NCBI GenBank assembly: GCA_023250155.1
Contig: JAHFBG010000006.1
Location: 78,963 to 142,962 of the forward strand
Length of the DNA stretch: 64,000 nt
Direction: 5' to 3'
Origin: Candidatus Melainabacteria bacterium
Lineage (GTDB): Bacteria > Cyanobacteriota > Vampirovibrionia > 2-02-FULL-35-15
Made by a program: the position numbers and the translations under genes. The notes under the pieces are model-generated. The model was not told the origin of the DNA. It saw only the letters and a list, made by a program, of their open reading frames with translations, and searched no databases. Shown here piece by piece: positions 23,831-31,172 of the stretch. Each line of letters starts with the position of its first letter. The stretch's first letter is position 1.

Positions 23831-25843
23831 TCAATCAAGATAATCAAGCTCTTCCAACTTACTTTTTACCTTCTCATTAGAAGGATTTATAAATGAGAGG
23901 ATAATGTTTAATGATTTTTTTGCATCTTCATACATTCTGTTTTTAATAAAAACATTAGTAGTTAAAAGATATAAATTTTCATTTGCAGTAGAAGGAATTT
24001 TATCATTAGAAATTGCTTGCTTAAAATACTCTAAAGCAATTTCTGTATTATTGATTTCTTGATAAAACAATCCAGCAAAAAGATATGGGTATGATGATAT
24101 TGGTTTTATCTTAATGTAATTCTTTATTAGTTCTGATGCTTCATTCAGACTGTCTGACTTTATTGCAACTTCAATAAATAGCCTATCGTATATAAAAGTA
24201 AAGCTAGGATTAGATCTTACTGCATTTTGTAGAGACTGCCAGGCTCTCTTCCACTCTTTAATTTCCTTGAACAGAGTTGCATTTTGAATCCAGGCAAACG
24301 CATCATTTTTAACTTCTATAGCTTGTTTCATTAAGTAATCAAGTTCATCTTGTTTATTGCTAGTAATAAGACATCTAGAAATAAATCTGTAAGTATTGTA
24401 TTTGTAGGCATTTTGCATTGGTCCAAACTTGTAGGAAAGATCTGGTTTTACGTATAAGTATTTTTTTAACCATTGGGCTACTTCTCTTTTTAGTTCATCT
24501 AAATTCATACATTTGGGTAATTCATCCTGCCTGCCTTTAGATTTTGCTGTTTGTATAGCTTCAAGAGTGTACATAACTTTAGTCCATGGTGGGGAATATT
24601 TAGCCATAGAAATTGCTTGTGAAAGACGATCTTTTTGTGTGGGTATGTATAGAATGGTTCTCCAAGCTAACAAACAAAATATTGATAATACTATTATTAG
24701 TAAAGTCCTTGTTGAAATAGTTTTCCAACAATAAGTAAACAAACTAAAAATAGATAGAAGAATACCTAATATAGATAAATAGCACCAATGCTCATCTACT
24801 ATGTCAAATAATGGAATGATTTGAATCACCAATATCATTGAAGTTAGAAACCATACAATTCCTATACTATAAAAAGGAATTTTTTTATACAAATATATTC
24901 CACTTAATATCAGCACTAAAGCTAATCCTTGACAAAATAATGTATATGGACTGAGAAGTGTCCCCCCTACCATATACCAATCTGTTTGTGTCTCTGCCAG
25001 ATAATCTGGATAGAAAAATAATCTGAAGTAATGTACTAATAACTGTGGTGCTAACCAATAGGCTCTGAATAAAATATCTTTAGTGGTACCTATTTCAGTC
25101 CATGTAATTAACGAGTCTCCAGTATAGAATAGTGATGAACCACAAGCAAAGAACTTCCATGTTAAATAAATTGGATAAATTAATATTATGGGTAGTACAA
25201 AATTAATTAAGTAGTCTCTTTGAAAAAATCTCTGCTTTCCATCAAGAAAGAAAAAAATTAAAAGAAGTACTAAAGGAAAAGGAAGATATTGCTCATGAGA
25301 TGTAATTGAAGCAAAAAAGAACAGAATTCCAACCAGGGAACTAAACAATCTGAGGACATAGTTTTTAATTTCCCTTGCTTTTAGAAAACACCAAATAAAA
25401 GTCAAGCAAAAAGTACCCGATGCCAATTGAGCTGGAGCACATCCTACTCTTGTTAATATTTCCACGTTTAGTGGATGAACTGTCCACAAAGAAATAATCA
25501 GAACAGAGATTAACTTGCTATTTGTTAGCTTGTGCATAATTAGTGTAGCAATTACACAACTAATTGAATGCATAATTAGTGCATATAAATGAAAACCAGA
25601 AGGGAATGCTTGATTGCCCAAGAAATAATGAACTAGATATGATTGAAAGTAACAAAATGGTACAAAGTGTAATCCCGGAAGATTTCTATAAAATCCTTGT
25701 AACATAATGCTGAAATTCTTAGCCATTGGTACAGTAATATATGTGTCATCTCCCCATGCAGCATCAAAAAAAACAGACTGAGAATAAAGCAGAAGATAGA
25801 TTATGGTTGGTACTAAAAAGTATATTTTTCTTATGAATTTCAT
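23831..25843 (-). CDS. GT-C-fold membrane glycosyltransferase-like protein with C-terminal TPR repeats (TMTC/DUF1736-like)
   Basis: About 10 hydrophobic helices. The first-loop AAWGDDTYIT resembles the DD motif of PMT/TMTC-type GT-C enzymes. The C-terminal ~250 aa are TPR-like. Confidence 0.6.
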   Translation of the reverse strand: MKFIRKIYFLVPTIIYLLLYSQSVFFDAAWGDDTYITVPMAKNFSIMLQGFYRNLPGLHFVPFCYFQSYLVHYFLGNQAFPSGFHLYALIMHSISCVIATLIMHKLTNSKLISVLIISLWTVHPLNVEILTRVGCAPAQLASGTFCLTFIWCFLKAREIKNYVLRLFSSLVGILFFFASITSHEQYLPFPLVLLLIFFFLDGKQRFFQRDYLINFVLPIILIYPIYLTWKFFACGSSLFYTGDSLITWTEIGTTKDILFRAYWLAPQLLVHYFRLFFYPDYLAETQTDWYMVGGTLLSPYTLFCQGLALVLILSGIYLYKKIPFYSIGIVWFLTSMILVIQIIPLFDIVDEHWCYLSILGILLSIFSLFTYCWKTISTRTLLIIVLSIFCLLAWRTILYIPTQKDRLSQAISMAKYSPPWTKVMYTLEAIQTAKSKGRQDELPKCMNLDELKREVAQWLKKYLYVKPDLSYKFGPMQNAYKYNTYRFISRCLITSNKQDELDYLMKQAIEVKNDAFAWIQNATLFKEIKEWKRAWQSLQNAVRSNPSFTFIYDRLFIEVAIKSDSLNEASELIKNYIKIKPISSYPYLFAGLFYQEINNTEIALEYFKQAISNDKIPSTANENLYLLTTNVFIKNRMYEDAKKSLNIILSFINPSNEKVKSKLEELDYLD

Positions 25844-25852
25844 ATATAGTAT

Positions 25853-26791
25853 TTAACTTGATTGTGTACTTAAAAAAGCATTTTTTAAAAACCAATTAAG
25901 TAAAGGAAGATTAAATTTAAGGAGAAATATTACAAGTAGCGATAAGAAAATAACATATAGGGTGAATGATTTTTGCCCAAATAGTTTTTCAGGATTCTGT
26001 GCAATTGAGTTTTTTTGGAAACCCAAACTCAAGTACCAAGTAAACAGCAAAGCAAAGCAGGGTAGACTTAATAGAAGCTCTACACGGTATTTAACAAGAA
26101 ATACTCCAATAAAAAATGCTGAAGTTAAAGCATAAAAGAAAGCAGAAATTAATAGCTTATCTTCAGTGTAGTCATTAAAAGATTTTCTGTATAAGGTAGC
26201 AGTTTGTTGATTATCAAAAGATCGGTATTCCGCAAACCGTTTAATGGCCATAAGAAATGCACCACCCATCCAATAGCCTAGAACTAGGCTAGAAGGAGGA
26301 AATGGGTTGTTTATTACTGAAAACCAGCCAAGATATAACCTTATTGGATTATTTATTGCTTCAGAGAGAACATCAAGATAAACCACTTCTTTTAAACGCA
26401 ATGGCTTTGCGTTATAAACAATACCCATAATTAATAAGATAATGGATGTAACTAGAAAGTTCTGTGAGATCCTCCATGCTATAGCTAAGCCAAGTGTAAC
26501 TAATAAAATGTACTCAAGAAAAACAAACTTAATTTTTAATTTACCTTGAGCTATTGGTCTTTGTTTCTTGAATGGATGATGAAAGTCGCATTTTGAATCC
26601 AGCCATTCATTAATTACATAATTTGCAGATGACAAAAGACAAGCACTTATCAGACTCAAGGCAATATTCGTCAGGCAATCAGTAATTGGAGTATTTGATA
26701 ATGATACAGCAATTAAAATCCCAGGTAACATAAAAGCATTTTTAAACCAGTGTGTAGGTCTAGCAATGGAAACATATTCTTTTAAGTTCAT
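25853..26791 (-). CDS. UbiA-family prenyltransferase, decaprenyl-phosphate phosphoribosyltransferase-like
   Basis: NYVINEWLDSKCDFHHPFKKQRPIAQG parallels the N..D...D..HP.K..RPIA.G motif of DPPR synthases. Polytopic membrane protein. Confidence 0.7.
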   Translation of the reverse strand: MNLKEYVSIARPTHWFKNAFMLPGILIAVSLSNTPITDCLTNIALSLISACLLSSANYVINEWLDSKCDFHHPFKKQRPIAQGKLKIKFVFLEYILLVTLGLAIAWRISQNFLVTSIILLIMGIVYNAKPLRLKEVVYLDVLSEAINNPIRLYLGWFSVINNPFPPSSLVLGYWMGGAFLMAIKRFAEYRSFDNQQTATLYRKSFNDYTEDKLLISAFFYALTSAFFIGVFLVKYRVELLLSLPCFALLFTWYLSLGFQKNSIAQNPEKLFGQKSFTLYVIFLSLLVIFLLKFNLPLLNWFLKNAFLSTQSS

Positions 26792-26983
26792 ATTTTTAAG
26801 TTGCTTGCTTCTACTGGTAGAAAATAAATAAAAAGAGAAATAAAAGAATACTCAAAATCTTTTTAATTTCTTTATCTTTATTCGGATTAGTTTCCTTCTT
26901 AAAACCGTAGAATCGGTGTGTTATTCGACGAGATGTTTCGTTTAACGAAACGATCATAGCTTAAGCCCTATATCTTTACAAGT

Positions 26984-27232
26984 ATGAAGGTAGTTAAACC
27001 TAAAAAAAGTAATGACAGTTGGAATAAAAGACTTAAAATTGCCAGGGAAGAAATGGAGTTGTCTTTAACTGGAGCCTTGAAACTTTTATATGAAACTCAT
27101 AAGATACGCTGGAGTAAATCTCAACTATCAAAAGTTGAAATGGGGATATCAAACTGTGATGTATATAAATTTAAAGCTTTATGTGATATTTACTGTGTAG
27201 AACCAAATTGGGTCTTAGATTGGAAGGAGTAA
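26984..27232 (+). CDS. XRE-family helix-turn-helix protein (module copy B)
   Basis: Paralog of 19363-19584 (RLKIAREEMELSLTGALKLLYE...LCDIYCVEPNWVLDWKE). Confidence 0.7.
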   Translation: MKVVKPKKSNDSWNKRLKIAREEMELSLTGALKLLYETHKIRWSKSQLSKVEMGISNCDVYKFKALCDIYCVEPNWVLDWKE

Positions 27233-27249
27233 CAGATCAGATATTTTAT

Positions 27250-27303
27250 TTCCCATCCAACCCCCACATCCCCATTTCCGGAATCAAATAAAACAAATTA
27301 TTT
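27250..27303 (-). pseudogene. Relic of the 3-prime end of a 130-aa-family gene
   Basis: TTCCCATCCAACCCCCACATCCCCATTTCCGGAATCAAATAAAACAAATTAT aligns with 19597-19650, the 3-prime end of the copy A 130-aa gene, directly after the HTH stop as in copy A. Confidence 0.65.
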
Positions 27304-27373
27304 TTAAACTCTTATAGTTTGTTGGTTCTTAGAATTTGGTTTCCTAAGTACCAACCCTTTGGTAGCTAAACAG

Positions 27374-28789
27374 CTACTTCTTTATCTCCCACCATCCACC
27401 CTTATCAGGCCCAATTCTCTTTAGTAATTCTTTTTGTTTTAGCTTTTGTATGTTTCGCTTAATGGTACGTTCATCTAGTTTTAAAGTTTCAGATAACTTA
27501 CTTATAGTAATCTTTGTGTTTCTCTTTATTGCAAGATAAATTTTCAACTCAGAAGAATCCTGTTTTAGAAGATTTTCTGGGGCATTTTCTGGGGCATTTT
27601 CTGGGGCATTCTTTGATCTGTAAAACACAGTAGAAAATCCTGATTTGAGAACTTTAAACTCAACCTTTACATTATTTTCTTTACACTCATCATATATTCT
27701 CTTTAAGCCTGAACCCCATTTTTCAATATCCTTACTAAGATAAAGATTTATAGCAATAAGAGGATTTCTTAAAACTGATTGCTCTTCTCCCTTAATAAAA
27801 TCCTGGGGTGACAATCCTTCAGGGAACTTGCCAGGGTTAAATATATCAACTCTATCTTTAAATATAGCTATTTGATTCCCTTCCCCTCTCCAATAATCTC
27901 TATGACAAAGTGAGTTTACTAAAGCTTCTCTGAGTGCATCAATTGGAATTTCTGGGATTTCTACACGCTTAAAATCCTTAAACTCTACTCTCCAATTAAT
28001 ATGTTCTTTAACATATAACTCTGATTGTTCAAGTAAATCAAAAAGATTACCTTTTAACAGCTTTATATCAAGAAAATTTCCTTTATCAGTACCTGAAAAA
28101 ATTGCAAGTTGTACTTCAAGAGGGTTTTCATTACAAAATAAAACCTCTCCTGCCTTCAAAAGTTTCCTATCTTTTATTAAATCTAATTTCTTTAGTGTTG
28201 TTGTAACGTCTTTAAATTTATAATCTATCCTTTTTGCTAAGTTAGCTCTTTTTATATATTCTCGAAGAACTTTAGAATTGACTTTGCTTATTGGTTTATC
28301 TGAGTATTTATTATCCCAGCGTAGCTCATCCTTATTCTTTTTTATAAACATACTTTCTAACTCTTTTGCACTTAGTTGCCTGTTTTCATCTCCAACTCTT
28401 ATGTATGCCCTACCATATACAAAGTAAGGAATATTATTTCCTTCAAACTCAACTTGAAGACAACTTTTCTTATTAGTTTCTATCTTTGCAACTTTTGGAT
28501 AAATCTTTGGTTCAATGTGTTCTGCAATTGATCTTGAAACTTCTCTTATAGTATTTTGTGTAACATCTTGACCTATCACTTCACCATTATCTTTCATTCC
28601 AAAATAAACATCACCTTTTTTATGTTTATTAAGAATTGAGGCTATTGAAATAACTGCCTCTTTTAATTCAGAAGTTGATTTTTTTAATTCTATAGTTTCC
28701 GATTCTTTTAAATAGGTCTTCATGCTATTAATTTTAACGTAAATCATATCTTGATTTTCAGTATACGTTAGCTGTTTATCCTGGTTCAA
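27374..28789 (-). CDS. Schlafen/AlbA_2-domain protein with HATPase_c_4-like region and C-terminal wHTH (RecG-like putative regulator/sensor)
   Basis: ESETIELKKS...VISIASILNKHKKGDVYFGMKDNGEVIGQDV fits the AlbA_2 pattern. ALREALVNSLCHRDY is typical of this family. The C-terminus is basic and HTH-like. Confidence 0.7.
   Translation of the reverse strand: MNQDKQLTYTENQDMIYVKINSMKTYLKESETIELKKSTSELKEAVISIASILNKHKKGDVYFGMKDNGEVIGQDVTQNTIREVSRSIAEHIEPKIYPKVAKIETNKKSCLQVEFEGNNIPYFVYGRAYIRVGDENRQLSAKELESMFIKKNKDELRWDNKYSDKPISKVNSKVLREYIKRANLAKRIDYKFKDVTTTLKKLDLIKDRKLLKAGEVLFCNENPLEVQLAIFSGTDKGNFLDIKLLKGNLFDLLEQSELYVKEHINWRVEFKDFKRVEIPEIPIDALREALVNSLCHRDYWRGEGNQIAIFKDRVDIFNPGKFPEGLSPQDFIKGEEQSVLRNPLIAINLYLSKDIEKWGSGLKRIYDECKENNVKVEFKVLKSGFSTVFYRSKNAPENAPENAPENLLKQDSSELKIYLAIKRNTKITISKLSETLKLDERTIKRNIQKLKQKELLKRIGPDKGGWWEIKK
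27573..27608. repeat. Perfect 12-bp x3 tandem repeat inside the AlbA_2 gene (encodes NAPE x3)
   Basis: TTTTCTGGGGCA is repeated three times head to tail. In frame. Confidence 0.9.
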
Positions 28790-28829
28790 ATCTAATGAGT
28801 TACATGATGGTATGCTACAACAGCTTACT

Positions 28830-29219
28830 TCACGACTTCCTATCCAACTCTCGCACTCCCAGCTCTTGAATTAAATAAAACAAATTATCTTCAAAATAAT
28901 CTTGGGTGGGTGTACCGATCTGATTGATGATTTTATTAAAGTCTAAGTTTTCTGGAATTAATCCATTTTGAATGATTGGTATAACTAGCTTTTTAAGAGA
29001 TTCTGCAGGGAGACTTCCTTTTCCATAGACCTTATCTCCCCAAGGTAAACCTTCTGATTCATTAATTGCATTTATTAAGTGAGTCTTTTCTTCTGATTTG
29101 AGATTTTTTAAGAAGTCATTTAATGATTTTGTTTGTAGTCCTTCTATACCTGATTTAACTGGTCTTGAAATAGGCTTTCCAACCATTAATAACCCAACGT
29201 GCCTTACATATATAGTCAT
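28830..29219 (-). CDS. Hypothetical 129-aa protein (module copy B)
   Basis: Paralog of 19587-19979, with the same SD and a different C-terminal tail (ELGVRELDRKS). Confidence 0.65.
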   Translation of the reverse strand: MTIYVRHVGLLMVGKPISRPVKSGIEGLQTKSLNDFLKNLKSEEKTHLINAINESEGLPWGDKVYGKGSLPAESLKKLVIPIIQNGLIPENLDFNKIINQIGTPTQDYFEDNLFYLIQELGVRELDRKS

Positions 29220-29234
29220 GTGTTTCTCCTTAAA

Positions 29235-29426
29235 TTACATGGGGGTGTAACTGTCTCTGCTCTCCTCACATTCAGCAAGCTCTTTTAGTCTAAGCTCGTC
29301 ATTATTTTGTAGGGCTTCTAATTCTTTATCTTCGTAAAACCTTTCTAATCCTTTGTTAGCTCTAAGAGCCTCAATCCTTTTAGCAATTAATTCTGCAAGT
29401 CCAGGATCCATTCCAGTAATTCTCAT
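29235..29426 (-). CDS. Hypothetical 63-aa protein (module copy B)
   Basis: Paralog of 19995-20186, with the same length and synteny. Confidence 0.55.
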   Translation of the reverse strand: MRITGMDPGLAELIAKRIEALRANKGLERFYEDKELEALQNNDELRLKELAECEESRDSYTPM

Positions 29427-29508
29427 AACTTTATCACCTACTTTATCTCTGATTAGTTTAAAGCAGTTAATCTTGTATTTCTCAATTTTGTAAATGATCT
29501 TTTACACT
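29417..29508. promoter_or_regulatory. Divergent promoter/leader region, identical to 20177-20268
   Basis: See 20177-20268. Confidence 0.6.
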
Positions 29509-29531
29509 AATCTTCTGGGCATAGTACTAGT

Positions 29532-30473
29532 ATGAATGCTATTACTAATGCTGGCTTTAAGTGGGGTGAAAATCTCTCCTGGGCTAAAGCTAATGTTTTT
29601 CATGGGAGAAACTCATTAATATATGGTTTATCTGCTACTACTCTTGGATGTATTAAGACACTTATCCATGAAGATTCATTTTCTTATAAAGCCTTAGATT
29701 TACTTCAATCTACCTTTTTAGGTCTAAGAAGTAACCAGCAGTACAACATCTACTCAAGAAAAAAAGATGATGATTTAGGTTTTGATGAAGTACATAGGCC
29801 ACATGCTGCAAACATAGGGGAGCTAGCATGTTTTATAGAAAAGAAAATAAATCCTATAGCATTACCTTTAACTGCTGCTTTAGGAAATGAAGTAAAAGAA
29901 AGCGATCATTCAATAGTACATTTGGCTAATGCATTGTGGTGGAGAAGCAGGCTTTTTTCAACTAAAATCAAGTTGTCGAGATTGCAATATATTAAAGATG
30001 ATTTAGTTAAGCTATGCAGAGCAAACTTAGAGGTTAAAAAGTTATCAGCATCACATTTAGAAAGTATTATTTCACCATTATTAGGTCTTATTGGCTTTGT
30101 TTCATGTGGCTTATTCACACCTATAAAATCATGGCTTAGATTTAAAGGAACTGAAAATAAAATCATTGATTCATTAGCATCAGTAGGTACTGCTACTCAG
30201 CATTTGATTTATTTTTTTAAATTTACTTTGCCTCAGATATTTCATTTTCAAGAGAATAAGAAATATGAACACAAAAAATTATTTAATCTGGGTATTTGTG
30301 CAAATGCTTTAAATATTGGATTGCCCATAATTGATCTTTTGTCTTTTGAAAATAGTTTTTTAAATAAGGCACAAAGATTATATAAAGAACTAGCGTCAGG
30401 ATTTACTATGGCATTTTTTTCTAGTAGAAGGTATTTTATAGGAAAGGCATGGGTGGATGGGAATAGGTTGTAA
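29532..30473 (+). CDS. Hypothetical 313-aa protein with hydrophobic segments (module copy B)
   Basis: Paralog of 20292-21236, with a replaced central segment (aa 143-179). Confidence 0.65.
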   Translation: MNAITNAGFKWGENLSWAKANVFHGRNSLIYGLSATTLGCIKTLIHEDSFSYKALDLLQSTFLGLRSNQQYNIYSRKKDDDLGFDEVHRPHAANIGELACFIEKKINPIALPLTAALGNEVKESDHSIVHLANALWWRSRLFSTKIKLSRLQYIKDDLVKLCRANLEVKKLSASHLESIISPLLGLIGFVSCGLFTPIKSWLRFKGTENKIIDSLASVGTATQHLIYFFKFTLPQIFHFQENKKYEHKKLFNLGICANALNIGLPIIDLLSFENSFLNKAQRLYKELASGFTMAFFSSRRYFIGKAWVDGNRL

Positions 30474-30500
30474 AATGTTGTGCAAATGTGATACCAATAT

Positions 30501-30545
30501 TGTCATTGCGAACCCTGAATGAAATGAAGGGTGAAGCAATCTCAC
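30501..30545 (+). repeat. CATTGCGA...GCAATCTCAC element, left flank of the GIY-YIG gene
   Basis: TGTCATTGCGAACCCTGAATGAAATGAAGGGTGAAGCAATCTCAC. Its ends are inverted at 30898-30929. Confidence 0.8.
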
Positions 30546-30573
30546 GATTGATCAAACGAGAATGAGGCCACCT

Positions 30574-30867
30574 CTATTTTAGTGTTAGATATAAATCCTT
30601 CATGTCTTTGTTCATTGATTCAATAAGCTCAAGCTTTTTTTTCCTTGAACCTGCTTTTATTTGTTTTTCTCTAGCTATTGCTAAATTGATGTCTCTAAAA
30701 GTTTCATAGTAAAGAAGATCTTTAACGTTATATCTAGAAGTAAAGCCTTTTGTTGAATTGTTTCGGTGTTCATAAATCCTTCTTGTTAGGTCATTTGTAA
30801 CACCTGTATAAAGGACTGTTCTAGACTTGTTTGAAATTATATAAATAAAATAACGATATTCTTCCAT
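30574..30867 (-). CDS. GIY-YIG nuclease family protein (URI domain, COG2827-like)
   Basis: YFIYIISNKSRTVLYTGVTNDLTRRIYEH, YNVKDLLYYE and AIAREKQIK match the GIY...YTG...R...H...E pattern. Confidence 0.85.
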   Translation of the reverse strand: MEEYRYFIYIISNKSRTVLYTGVTNDLTRRIYEHRNNSTKGFTSRYNVKDLLYYETFRDINLAIAREKQIKAGSRKKKLELIESMNKDMKDLYLTLK

Positions 30868-30897
30868 GGGTTTTTGATATTATGCGGTTTATGCTAT

Positions 30898-30929
30898 GTG
30901 AGATTGCTTCGCTTATGCTCGCAATGACA
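30898..30929 (-). repeat. CATTGCGA...GCAATCTCAC element, right flank of the GIY-YIG gene (inverted)
   Basis: GTGAGATTGCTTCGCTTATGCTCGCAATGACA. Its reverse complement is TGTCATTGCGAGCATAAGCGAAGCAATCTCAC. Confidence 0.8.
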
Positions 30930-30955
30930 AAGAATTAAGTAAAACACAATATCCA

Positions 30956-31168
30956 CTAAGTCCAATTTATTACCCATTTTATTTTCAAATCTTTATTTGC
31001 AAATGAAGTTAATGAAGCATCAGAAACAAATCCAATTTCTGAACCATTTTCATTGTAAATTTTTGCTCTAATTGAATAACCATCATAATCTTTCAAAGTC
31101 AAATTATTCTGTAAGCAATATTCTTTTATTTTCTCGATAGTTTCAAATCCTAAACACCCATTAAACAT
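30956..31168 (-). CDS. Hypothetical 70-aa protein (candidate immunity-like partner of the upstream 672-aa protein)
   Basis: Starts 4 nt after the stop of the 672-aa gene, on the same strand. No signal peptide and no motif. Confidence 0.5.
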   Translation of the reverse strand: MFNGCLGFETIEKIKEYCLQNNLTLKDYDGYSIRAKIYNENGSEIGFVSDASLTSFANKDLKIKWVINWT

Positions 31169-31172
31169 TTAT

